Positions 13,623 to 25,540 of a stretch of DNA of 64,000 nucleotides are shown here, piece by piece; the first letter of the stretch is position 1, and every line of letters starts with the position of its first letter. Source of the DNA: Ptychomitrium polyphyllum (taxonomy: Eukaryota); the NCBI GenBank assembly GCA_973851085.1, contig OZ316775.1, forward strand, positions 1,612,001 through 1,676,000, written 5' to 3'. The translations under genes were made by a program, and so were the position numbers. Below the pieces are notes generated by a model, which did not search any database, was not told where the DNA came from, and saw only the letters and a list, made by a program, of their open reading frames with translations.

Positions 13623-13840
13623 GTATCACCTATGTAACGTGCTAGTATCAGCTGGATATTATTTGGCTTGGTTTCGATACACAGCGAGCGAGACGAGCCT
13701 GCGACCAACTATTCTTGTCCAAATTCGAAGATGCTTCCCTGGGTATCATGCACTATCTCATCAGCATCACCCAGGCATCATGCAGGTATCGTATATGTCT
13801 CATCCAGGTATCGTGCAGGTGTCATCCAGGTGTCATCCAG
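13623..13840. repeat. Degenerate 11-bp-period minisatellite (consensus about GTRTCATCCAG)
   Basis: Consecutive 11-mers from 13764: gcatcacccag, gcatcatgcag, gtatcgtatat, gtctcatccag, gtatcgtgcag, gtgtcatccag, gtgtcatccag. An earlier patch at 13623-13655 reads gtatcacctat, gtaacgtgcta, gtatcagctgg. Confidence 0.75.
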
Positions 13841-13869
13841 GTGTTGATATAAATAACACATTGTCTCTT

Positions 13870-16560
13870 AAATGTATCATGGTTTTGCATCTTTAATGAA
13901 GTTTCAAGATTTTTGTAAGACCTTGTTACATTTTTTGGTGTTATAATACATTATTTTTATTGTTTTGGCATAATTAAGTTATAATTTAAAAATTCAAAAT
14001 ATATAGTTTTTTTTTAAATAAAAATTCTAATTTAAAAAATATCTTATTAAAATTAAATGAAAAAAAAATCAAAATAAATAAAAGAAATACTTGTTTACAA
14101 ATATTTAATATGACATAAGTAGAATAGCATGCCATTCACATTTATGTACAAGTTTCTATTAAGAAAATGAAATAAATAATTCTAAATAGTCAAATCTTTC
14201 AAATTTTGAATCATTAAAAAAAACAAATTCAAAAATTAATGTTATCATTTTATGTTAAAATTCTTAAAACACATTATTATTTTAAATAATACAAATCATT
14301 ATCAAAAATTTCCTTTTTATTATTGAATTAAGATTAAAATTTCATGTGCCTTTAAATTCTTTAAAACTCTTGTTTAGAATAATAGAATTTTGTAGGATTT
14401 TTAAATCGAAAAAACATTATATTCAATCGCGTTTGCCATTCCTCTCGATTTAGTTTATCACGTTCTTGTTCTTTTTTCCAATCCCTCTTGTCTGCACATT
14501 CATCATTCCATGCTTGATTTGCAAGATAGCAATTTTTCACTTTTAATGCTGCTAATTCTAAATTTGCTTTGTACTCAGCTTTATCTTTTTCATATATTCG
14601 TTTATGATATTTCCATGTTTCATGTCTATATTGTGCATTTAATTTTCTTTGACTATGATCATCTTTTTCATGTTCTTTAGCTCTTAACCTTTCTCGCCTT
14701 CCTTCAATCCAATTTTCTCCTCCTTGTTTTTGTAAATCTGCTCGTTCATCACCTCTGTCTTTTTCTCTTTCTTTATACATTCGATACCTTTGTTCTCTAT
14801 CTTGTTGTCTTTCTATATTCCACCTTGCTTTTTCCTCAAGTTCTACTCTTCGTTCTTCTTGTCGAATCCTTTCTCTTTCTTTTTCTCGTCTTCGTTCTGC
14901 AAGTCTCCATCGTTTTCTTTCTTCTGTCCTTTCTATATCTTCAGCTTTGTATTCATCTCGAATTTGATTTCTTTCTTCTTCTAATGCTCTTTCATGTGCC
15001 CTTTCTAATGATCTCTCTCTTTCCGTTTTTTCATTTCTTCCTCTTTGAACATCTCGACCGCGTTGTCTTTCTATTGTAAATGCTATTTTTTCTTCTCTAT
15101 TTCTTTCAACATCTCGTTGTTTCTCACGTTGGAATGTTCTTTCTCTCCTCCTTTCTCTAGCTCGTCCTTTTTCTCGGTCCCTTCTCTTTTCTGTTGCTTT
15201 TTCACTTCTCCATCTCTTTTCATACCGACGTTCTTCTCTTCTTTCTTTTTCATAAAATATAGCTTTTGTAGCCAAGCGAATGGCTTTTTCTTCATGGTAT
15301 TTTTTTAAACTCTTAATAGCTTCAAGAGAAATAATGCGTTCAATACTTTCAAACCTTTTTAGATTCTTTACTAATGGATTCAATCTATCCATTATCAAAA
15401 CTATGTATACAAAAGAAATGGCAATGCAAATAAATCTTTGGTTTTAAATAATCTAGAACCTTGTCTATAACAAGATCATATTTCATACAATTGTTTAGAA
15501 GTTGTGGCTAAATTTTCATAGAACTTTATAATTATTAAACATATTTGTTGATTTTTAAACTATAAACTTGAAAAAATTAAACTTCATTAAATTTTCTTAA
15601 TAAGATGATTCTACAACAAATAAACAACATATAAAGTAAAATTACTTTTTAAAACTAATAGAATTATAATTTATTAGACCCAATTTATAAAATTCTTATA
15701 TTTAATATTTACGTGGTTTAAACCAAATGCAACATAAATATGAAGTCATTTCTTAAATTATAACAACTATTTTAAAATTTGTACAATTATTAGAAAGTCT
15801 TTTGATGCATATTTAAAAAATAAACTTAAAAACCTTAACAATCATAGACTTATCATTAACAAAGTTTGATTTTATTGCATGATGTTACCTTTTTTTATTT
15901 ACATTTTAGACTTCACATTATAATATCTTATCATTCATAAAAAATTTGAAAGATTTCAATTATATACAAGTAGGAAAAAAAGTATTAACAACATGCCATT
16001 AGAATTGATATTAAAATTAAAGTTTGATAGTTTGGATCATTTACAATATGCATAAATGTTTCTAATAAAATCTTTGTAATCACTAAAATTTGTTGTATTG
16101 ATAGATCCTTTATACTACAAAATTTAATGAAAAAAATGGTATTTAATTTGTTTGAAATAGAACTTTACAAATAATATTGCACATGGACTCAATATACGTA
16201 TTTAGTGTTGAAGCGTCTTGTCTCATCATTTCCTTACACCACCTCACTTATAATATTCACCTCAATCATCCTTATAAAAAATATTCAATCCAAGGGTTCA
16301 ATAAAAAGTCATATTCTATTTGCCATTCTAGGACGTTTAACATTCATTAGATGTTCAACACTCAATTGGTAATAATATTCAAATTATTTCCAATTAGTTC
16401 TAATATTCAAAATATCCAATGTGAGAAACTAAAACTAATAGACTAGGCTTTTATTGTATTTATATATTTGATTTATAGAAATTTGCCTCATTCTACCTGA
16501 GGCATTTTGTGAAATTGTACTTCTATAAGATTATAATTGGTTGGTGAAAGTGAACATCGG
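13870..16560. mobile_element. Very AT-rich, CpG-poor block, probably a decayed transposon or repeat remnant (family not identified)
   Basis: GC drops abruptly. The minus-strand frame near 16000-16420 reads like protein interrupted by TAA/TGA/TAG stops, consistent with C-to-T decay. No TIR, LTR or TSD was recognised. Confidence 0.45.
14361..15398 (-). CDS. Intronless 345-codon Arg/Glu/Lys-rich low-complexity ORF (predicted charged helix/coiled coil), function unknown
   Basis: Uninterrupted ORF (ATG at 15392, MDRLNPLVKNL...) dominated by ER/RE/EK repeats, with more complex N- and C-termini, embedded in the AT-rich block. Confidence 0.4.
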   Translation of the reverse strand: MIMDRLNPLVKNLKRFESIERIISLEAIKSLKKYHEEKAIRLATKAIFYEKERREERRYEKRWRSEKATEKRRDREKGRARERRRERTFQREKQRDVERNREEKIAFTIERQRGRDVQRGRNEKTERERSLERAHERALEEERNQIRDEYKAEDIERTEERKRWRLAERRREKERERIRQEERRVELEEKARWNIERQQDREQRYRMYKEREKDRGDERADLQKQGGENWIEGRRERLRAKEHEKDDHSQRKLNAQYRHETWKYHKRIYEKDKAEYKANLELAALKVKNCYLANQAWNDECADKRDWKKEQERDKLNREEWQTRLNIMFFRFKNPTKFYYSKQEF

Positions 16561-16588
16561 TATTTGGTGGACCATCAATAATGCAAAG

Positions 16589-16748
16589 CCATTTGTATCA
16601 AAGCTTGTAACCATTTGTATCAAACCATTTGTATAAAAGCTTGTAACCATTTGTATCAAACCATTTGTATCAAAGCTTGTAACCATTCGTATCAAAGCTT
16701 GTAACCATTCGTATCAAAGCTTGTAACCATTCGTATCAAAGCTTGTAA
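16589..16748. repeat. Tandem minisatellite, 22-bp unit CCATT(T/C)GTATCAAAGCTTGTAA with two 14-bp truncated units
   Basis: Unit lengths 22,14,22,14,22,22,22,22 read directly. The last three copies carry the C variant. Confidence 0.95.
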
Positions 16749-17069
16749 GACTAGTGCACTCCATAAGTAAGTGAATATTGACATGAAAAGACAAAGATGC
16801 AAGTATGCGATCTTGAAGGGCTACAAGATGTTCCCTACTCTGACTCTTCTACGACTGCCCTCTGCTTTAATGTTCAAGTGGCATACAGGATAAATTTGAC
16901 ACAAATTGGTAGCCGAGCATACGTGGCAGGGTACAAACGAAACCTCAAACTACGTATCTGAAACAAAAATAACCATTGTCAGCATCTTTCAATTTCTAAA
17001 CATACTTCAACTGCATCCATCATGTCACAACAAGGCATACTAGTGAAACGAAAGAATAGCACTTTACTA

Positions 17070-19890
17070 TCAGAAACGTTTTTTCTTATTCACAAAAAAT
17101 TTGTCTCGCATGTTCCACACATATACCAACACGCCTACAACTCCGACCCCAAGGAGGAGAGATATCCAAGGGAAAGGAGGATCCTCGAAGCAATTCAAGG
17201 ATGCTTCGAATTCTGCAGATGCGATAAAAGCAAGTCCGTGAAGGGCGTACATATCATGCTCTGACGACTTCAAGAAATACAGAGCAGTGTCGAAGTCAAA
17301 GTGCGACAGTGCAGTCATGACCTTGTTCAGTTTATAAACAAACAGGTTCCACCTCTGTGTGTACTCCATGTGATGTTTCATACCCAGGAGCTCCTTTTCT
17401 CCACCGTAGCTTTTGATAGACTGCAGGGTATCCAACACACTCGACATAGTGGAATTCAGCATGGTCAGAATTGTATTTCTGCGGGCTGCGTCTCGTTGAG
17501 CAAAAGACAGGCTGGAACTCTCTGAAAACGGCCCAAAAGGAGTGTGGCCAATGCCCCATCGGTAGTCCACCATTGTGCTGTTGTGCTTAGAACTCCATGT
17601 AACGTGGGTGGGTGCCACTCCAAATAGACTTTGGAGGATTGCACCAGTAACTGGTCTTTCCAAATTCCGTGTTGATATCAGAAGTTGCACCCCATTACAG
17701 CTGTACTCAATGACCGCCTGAGCCACAACGGTTCTAACAGCGATTACCATATCCCGGAAAGGCATCACCTGAATTCGTCCACAACAAAGACAAATTTTAA
17801 ACACGGAAACGCAATCGAGTGACCTGTACTAGGGAAGTATTGTTGAGAAACATGACATACGATGGTAAGACGAACAAAACTGCAACAATTCTATGAGAGT
17901 CACGCATTTCTGAAACCGAATAAATTATGAAACAAAAAATATGTAACCGTTGTTGTAATAACAAATACCAGGTGATCAAAGTACTTACTTGATGGAAGCG
18001 GTCCAAAAGCAACTGCCTCTCGGTATCCAAATCCCACACATACACAGGAAGGACCCTGGCAGGTCCCTCTGGTCGTTTCAAACCACCTTCGTCAGCCAAT
18101 TCCTCTCCAAACTCTGTTAGAAACTGGTGAAGTTCTTTTGAGTCTAGGTACTCATCGAGAAAAAGACCATAACTCTCAAGGTGGATACGTGATGTGTAAG
18201 TACGAATCGCACGAGAGAAGGCAGCTGAACACTCAGAGCACTCCGCGAGCTTGACTGACGCATACTTAAATTTCAAGTTCTGCCGCGAGAAAAGCAAAGC
18301 CTGACTTTCTTCCAAAAACTGAGCTTCGATGGCTTTAAAATCCAGCCCATACGGATCAAGCTCCGTGTCACCAGTGCCCCCTTTGATGTGCACAATATGC
18401 ACCTGAGCGTAACATCATCCACTTGTGTTAGTCACAAGTTTTATCTCTATTAACTCTCACAAGTTTTGCACACGGCAAGACAATGGCTAAACACTCGCTG
18501 ACAACCCTTGCGTAGAAGGATTAAAGTGTTACCTCCAAATGCTCTTCGAAAAACACAGGGATGCGCACAGACGGAGCCAAAAGCATTTGAGCAGCACTCC
18601 ATACCAATGAAGCTATGTCCGCTGCAAACGCATTTTCGTGGCCAACCCCGTAAGAGGAAGCTAGTGGCAGCATCTCCCCTTTCACATAACCTTCTCCAGA
18701 ACTGGCGGGACCATATTCAACAGGTCCAGCAGCAAGATCTACCCACATGTATCTTTTTTTTCCCGCCCACAAAGTCCCCAGACATTTCGTGTGGTAGTGC
18801 GAACCACTGCTCTCGCCATAAGTATAAGCATATTTGCCTTTAGTTTGAGATCTCAAATTGAGAAGATACATTGTGTAAGATGGAAGTGGGTCTTCCAGCT
18901 GCGCTCGGACAATGTTATCGACAACTTCGTGAGGTACTTCATGGTGCTGCCAAGCGGTTCTCATTGCAGTACTCTGCATGTACAGAAACACCAACGTCAG
19001 CAACCAAACCGACACTGAAATCCAAGCTCAGCGAGCTACTGATCCACGATCAAGGCCTAAAATGGGTTCACAAACAGACAGCATGTCTTCGCCAGAAGAT
19101 CGTCAATCAAAATTCCACTCAATTTGATCTGTCTTGGGAATATTTCGAGGGAATTAGGTTGACAATGCGATCACCATATCGCACCTAGCATGCCCATCGT
19201 TCAGCATTGTGTATAATATGAAAATCGCTCTACGAAGAAACACGTTAGCTGATGTTCTCTTCAACTGTTACAACAGATGAAGTTAAAGTCTGCAGATTGA
19301 GAGGAAGAAACAGAAAGTGATGTTGAGCAGACCTTGCTTATCGAGTCGTGAATCGAGTCGTGAATCTTCTCCGCAAGGTCGCCCTGGATCCTCTCAACTT
19401 CAAGAGAAATTCTCGTCTTGGCCATCATCCGATGCGGCTCATGCCCAATAACATTGGCATGAATGTCAGGGTTCAAAGCGTCAATATACTTAGTGAGCTG
19501 CGATTCCAACTGCGACAGCCTCCGACGATCCTCACTAAACCCTACCAACCTCACCTTCAACAAAGTCGTCGACTCCAGCGCCAGCAACTCCTCTCTCTTC
19601 TTGTCCACATCAAAACCTACAGGATGCGACAGAAGGCGCAGCAGCGACGGCGACAAGGCGGAGAACGTGTCGTTCTCGCCCAAGGGGTCCACGCTTGCTT
19701 TGGATACAGCTGCCTCTAATCCATACCCATACCCATAACCCGCATCCACACCGCATGCTCTCAGAGTCATTACCACCACAACCACGGCCACGCCCCAAAT
19801 CCTGGTCCCCATGGCTGCCACCAGCGACGAACCGCACACTCCCAAGCTACCACCTCGCCATTTCCTCACAGCATCTCTCCCCGATCGCAT
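17070..19890 (-). CDS. Conserved uncharacterised plant type-I membrane/secretory protein (Arabidopsis AT3G28720-like)
   Basis: Four exons (about 19890/19812-19332, 18973-18533, 18402-17989, 17768-17070). Signal-peptide-like segment after MGTRIW (ATG 19812 may be the real start). Motifs CLGTLWAGKKRYMWVDLAAGPVEYGP, LLLDRFHQ, DYRWGIGHTPFGPFS, FAQRDAARRN and QRWNLFVYKL, then a C-terminal TM helix and a basic tail (KKKRF). Confidence 0.85.
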
Positions 19891-19935
19891 CCCCTGTCTA
19901 CGCTCTCTCTCTCTCTCCCTCTCTCACTCTCTCTG

Positions 19936-19944
19936 AAACCCTAA
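19936..19944 (+). promoter_or_regulatory. Telo-box (AAACCCTAA) next to a CT-rich tract in the 5' region of the membrane-protein gene, within the divergent promoter shared with MED17
   Basis: Exact AAACCCTAA immediately beside a (CT)n tract at 19903-19934. Confidence 0.5.
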
Positions 19945-20866
19945 TTCCAAGCTCTCTCTTCTCCCTTGCTGTCGTCAGCTCCAGGGTTGACTCCGCAGCT
20001 GAGGGAGCCCAGTACTGAAAACCGTCACCGTACCCCAAATCCATCACCGTTCTCCACCAACGTCATCCGGGATCTACACCGAAAACTAAACGTATGTATC
20101 AGAGCCGTATGGCTAGAAAATAATGTTCAGATTCATTCATAAAAACTATTTTGGATGTGTAGAGATGGAAATGTAACCCCAGGAGGTGTAAGTACTTCCA
20201 AGTACTCACCCTCAGACTCCACTCCAGCCTGCGAATACGAAAGCTGCCTGACTTGAATAAAGACAGCTTGGAAGCTGTTGAGCACAACTCAGCTTCGAGG
20301 ATGCACGCCCTGGCCTACATTTCTGCACTTGATTCTACAGTTCCTGGAGACAACTCACGATTGCAAAGAGTGTGGGTTTTGCAATACTCCTCCTAGATAG
20401 TGCAAGTCTGGATTTACTTCAGGATCTGTAAAGAAGAGCAGCGGACGTGGATACACAGGTAGCCCTCTTGTTGTTGAAGCGCCTAGCCTGAACACGAAGA
20501 CCCCTAATGACGTGACCTAAAAGACGCACACCCAAAAACCGTCATGGTCTACAGGAGAGGCGCATTCTAGAAACAGAAATCTATGGTTTGGTAAGAGAAG
20601 GTCACGTTTTGCAAACAGTGTGGGTTTTGTGTACACTTCCTTGGACACACAGCCACAACAGCAGAGAACAGCCCAGGTGCGCTCCGTCACTGGCATGGTC
20701 TCCCGATGTGATTCCTCATTGCAAGCCAAGTTCACTATGGACTAGCACATGCACTAACATACTGCATAATTCATTAGGTCCCGAAGGATCACATCTTTGA
20801 TGCATTTTGTGGAGGTGGGTTCTGCGTTTCAGGTTTCAACTTCAGAGGACAAGGAGCTTTGCAGCG

Positions 20867-23800
20867 ATGGAGGTCTCTCTGGACCCTCTGCCCCTGAAGC
20901 GGGTGCTGGCCATGGAGGAGAATGGCACGGAGCATCTGCCACCGTCAGTTTCTTTCTCCTGGCTTCTCCCTTTTCTTCGGTTTTGTAGCTTATGCATTTG
21001 GGTGCTTCGCTGAATCTAGTTGTCTGCACGCAACCACCCTACTTAACAATGACACTGCGATGAATTTGGTGGTGGAATCTGGGTTGATTTGACATTTATT
21101 TGCTTATTGGGAATTCGAAAGCTTAACGGTTCATTGCTAATGACCACTTTCGAGCGATGGATGTTTTTTTGGCTCTTGTACCTTCCAGACAGAGGCTCTC
21201 ACCAGACCTGCCCAATTGCAACCCTTGTCAGCTACTGTGGAGCATTTTCTGTTAAAGGAATCTAAGTAGGAAGTAAGCTGGGTCCTTTGGTCATATTGAA
21301 ACTGCTCATTGCTCATGAGCTTAAACCTCACGATTTATGTGTAGGGTTTTGCATTTTTAATTTTACTTTTAGGGTATTTTCTGACCTCTCCTGATGGCTG
21401 TTTTTTAAGTAGGAGCTAGTGAAATTAGATAGTGATGGGACGGCTAGTCTTAGGAACGAGGATGTTCACGTTGAAGTCGAGGATTATGGCTGGAGCTTTT
21501 TGATAAATCTGTGGAGAACAAGATCAACTAAAAAGCTTTTGTCCAGATTAAGTTAGAAGCGATGTTACATGCATTAGTGAATGCGCATATCTTAGATTTC
21601 TTGTTTCGCACTTCCTGGGTCTAGTTGCTCCGTTATTTAGCGAAGCTTTGGTACTTTAAACATCATTTGTTAGCGTAATGCCAGGTTTTGTCTGCCCTTG
21701 GAGACGTTGAATCTAATCTTCTTACGTTGTTCTGGTATCTTTAGATTAGTGTTTCTATCCTTGATTCCTATTTTACGTTTTTTGCTGTTCTTTTGTGAGT
21801 ATGGGCAACACCACTTTTGTTGTTATGCGTTTGTTTGAAAATTTGACCTAATTTTGATGGCAAGAAGTTGCTCGCCAAACTAAGTGAGAAGATCTATCTT
21901 TAAATAACCATTTTAAGTATAAATTGTGGGTTTCCTGGTTCGCTGGTTGCGTAGGGAGCTAAGTCAAGAGGAAAAATCTCTCGCGTTGCTGGGTCGAATC
22001 GACTTTGGCCAAGAGTTTAAAAAGATAAAGAAAGAGGAAGACGGCAGTAAGAAAGAGGAGAAAGAGAAGGAGATAGTTCAAGTGTGGCCATGGCAAGGAC
22101 TTGTGGACCATTTGCAGCAGGCACACCAAGAGTTGGCGATCATCCTCGATATGATCAATCATGTTTGTTTTCTTGAACATTATGCAATTGCATACCTTCA
22201 TCTGTTTTAGATTTGTAGTTAGACTTGAGAGGACAGTAGCCTTACAGAAATTGGATAATTGGCCAGGTGGAGGCAAGCGAAGCAGTTACTGTGGCAAGGA
22301 TGGAGAGGCCGAAACTACAGCCACAGGAAGTATGCTCAGATTTAGCTTTGCGAGCCTCCTCTAAGCTCCATCACTTTCGTGTGAGTTGATCATCTCTACT
22401 GTTAATATTTTACACAGCAACATTCAAGTCTTTCTGTAGCAAATAAAATATGGTCTTTTTGTCTCGCAGAGGTGATAGTCGATAGTCACGTAATGGGTAC
22501 TTTCTCGAAGCATGAAATGGCTGACGTGGATGGAGCAATTGACTTTTCTGTGCGAGTTTTACTTACCTGGCTGATCGTGGCTCTTGACGTGTATCCAGAA
22601 CGTTGGGAAATACTTAAAACGATCAGCACAAGCATTAGAGCAACAGGTTGAGAGGGAGGCAGTTTTCTATGGAGCTCTTATGAGGTATTTCTCCTAGTTA
22701 TAGACCAGTATCCACAGCATGTGTATGTCACGTGAAGTCCAGATTTTACCCAATCTGCTGTTACAGTCGGCTGGAAGGTCCCAAGTTACAGAAATTTCGA
22801 GTACATGCACGGCACATGACTTAGAGGCCAATACATAGCTTCATGATAATCTGTTTCATAGGTTTTTTTTGGTTACAGATGACGGATCTTGCTGACCAAT
22901 TTTTAGTGAAGCAATTTCGAATGTTGTTGCTATTCCTGACATCCAATGACTGTTGTGTGCGAACGTCAATGGAAGACTTCAACGGAATTGGAAAGTTAAG
23001 CGTCAACGTGGAGTAGCAGCTGGCCCAGTTGGCAGTGCGGGCTTCTCTATTGATGTAGGAACTTTTGAAAGCAATCCTTGTCTAATAACACTTGAGCAGG
23101 ACTCAGTAGGGTTATTAACGGCTCATCTCCCAGCTGGGCTTTCCCTTTCCTCTCTTCATGTCTCCCTCCGCTCAACGCCATCCTCATTCAAATTAGGAAA
23201 AGAGATTGAGCCTGTACCAGCGACTATGACGGAAGGAAGGCCTGATACTACAGGGTTGCCGGAGGTGTCTAAGCCGGGAGAGAGGGGTGTAGGACCAGGT
23301 GTAGACAGGGGCGCCACAAGCACTCAAGCCATGCTTCGTCAAATTCAGACAGCTAACTTTGAGGCTCAGGTGTGTAATCTTTGGCTTCAAGATACTTGTA
23401 TGTCATTTCAGGTGGATTTGTATGCATGTTTAAGGTGTGATGTTATTGGAAGTGCCATGTCTGACAGGGTTATCTTTCCAGACATGTTTAATCTATAAGT
23501 TGACCCTTGTATTGGCGAGATTGTATACGAATTATGCTCCCGTGACATTCAGTATCAGGGATTCCGTGCAGTTCTTGTATTTATAACCAACAATAGCCTA
23601 TAAATAGCGGTCGATGTGTTTGTAAACTTATACTTGCTTGAGAGTTAACATTTATAGAACTATCATCTCTAATTGAAACGCATTTGCTTTAGTTGAATAC
23701 CTAGAGCATTAAATATGCTCGTGAATTTGACTGACAAAGTGTACTTGTATGTACATTGTTAGAATTTAACTCCTCGAATCGTACATAGTTTCCTTATCTA

Positions 23801-25540
23801 TGTTGGTAACCAGCCTAAATTTGGTATGCTGGTAGCAGGTATTTGAGTGGGTTGGACGGCAGGCACTGTCATTATCGCCACACATTAATGTTACTGGCCT
23901 CAGCGACACATGCCTTCAGCTGAGTCTTGGCAATGCCACTTCTCTTAATGTGCACCTCACACCTATGACTTCTCTAGCTGAGGAATCTCAGGGCTCGGAC
24001 AAGGAGTCAACTGTCCTTGCTCCTAGAACGCCAGATCATCAGCACACGAGATCGCTCCCAAATGAGGGAAGTCTTGGTATCTGCTTACAGCAGGCTTTTC
24101 ATCGTTTTTTGAACGGTAGGCAGGATCATGCATGTGCCAAAGAAACCGGGAAAGTAAAGGAGACTGAGGCACCTGGATTGGTGAAACATGTCTCAGCTAT
24201 TATGCAACACCGTGTTGCGTGTGACAGAATTATATCGATTCTTGAGAAACAGGTTAGTACATCACATGCCTCTTGTTCGAATCACTATTAATTGTTGAAA
24301 AGAATGAAGGTGTACTTGCTATTTCACGCTTACTGTAAAAGGTGATGACGTCTGTTGAAGATCTGGTTTGTGGGAGGTATGAGTATCAGTCCCTTGATTA
24401 TGTGTTTATCAAGTCTAGTTCCCAAATTGAGGCTGTCATGCAGTCGTTGTTTACCCAGTCGGCCAGAATGTGTACTCAACCAGAATATTTCATAAGCTCT
24501 AATGTTTCGGTCATGCCAAGGTTTAGAGGCTCAGTTCTGCTCGTACACCTATCAGCATAGCTCCAATCGAGACTTCCTAATATTTTCAATGGGTATAGGT
24601 CCATGGTGTTCCAGAGCTCCGACTTTCATCGCATCCCACATGGCACGCTCAGGTGTCAACCTGGGATCTTTGGCTGGATATTCCAGCTTCAACCTTGGTG
24701 GGTAGGTGGCAGGCTAGTGTTGTGTTAAGGGAGGACGTTTTGACCATTTCTGGACTGCCGAGCGAGCATGACAATAAACCGACTTCGGCAGCATGTACTT
24801 TTTCAGAGCTCTCACCCTTCCTACTCTTTCAGGTAATTGATTGTTTCCTATTTCCAGTTCACATTGTTGAGCAGCCGGCTCTAGACTGTAGCCGGGTTAT
24901 TTGAACATATGGCCGCTTTGCAACCGCTTCTGCTTACATCTATCGAAAACTCCTGAGGCTGACTCCATCTCAATTCAAGTATGAGAATTACAATAATCTG
25001 CTAGTCATCCAAAGTTGTCTGTAATGGGAAAGCTGTGCAAGAGCCATTCCGTGATTCATGAATTTTGTTGTAGGTCTTGGAAACTAATACAGTAGTAGAT
25101 TTAAAGCCAGAAGAGCACATATTCTGACTTTACTTCATTATGTAAGGACGCCATTCTAGTGCAGCGTGGTTAGGTGTTTTTAAGAAACTGACAGTTGAAT
25201 TGTTTTTTGGCAGATGGCGGCTCACTTGGTGGTCTGGCTGCATGCTGAAGCGTCCAGCATGGGTGTGGAACCTCGCCGTGATTTACTAAGCATTACTTTT
25301 GAGTTAGATAACTACGAGGATGTTTCTCTTGTTGCGTCCCCAGCTGTTAGATCCCACACTATAAATTGGTCATTGCAACTATCAGGAAGCAAATCGGAAG
25401 ATTTGAATGCCACGAATCGGTTTCTGGGTGCCCTGCCGTTGGAGACTCTCAGGGGTATCGTTATTGATCTTGTGAATGAGAAGATGGATGTAAAGCCTAG
25501 TGGTGATGCTCCTCTTCGCGGGGACTCCGTTAAGACTTAA
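20867..25540 (+). CDS. MED17: Mediator of RNA polymerase II transcription subunit 17
   Basis: Spliced translation MEVSLDPLPLKRVLAMEENGTEHLPP|ELSQEEKSLALLGRIDF..WPWQGLVDHLQQAHQELAIILDMINH|VEASEAVTVARMERPK..SDLALRASSKLHHFR|NVGKYLKRSAQALEQQVEREAVFYGALMR|LQRNWKVKRQR matches the plant MED17 N-terminus. Further exons lie at about 23839-24251, 24599-24832 and 25214-25540. Confidence 0.92.

Noticed and set aside
16589..16748. Repeat array considered as CRISPR-like
   Set aside because: Units are directly adjacent with no unique spacers, the context is eukaryotic, and there are no cas genes.
16749..16755. CTAG followed by T as a Helitron 3' terminus
   Set aside because: No GC-rich hairpin 10-20 bp upstream and no matching 5' TC end was identified; a 4-bp match alone is not evidence.
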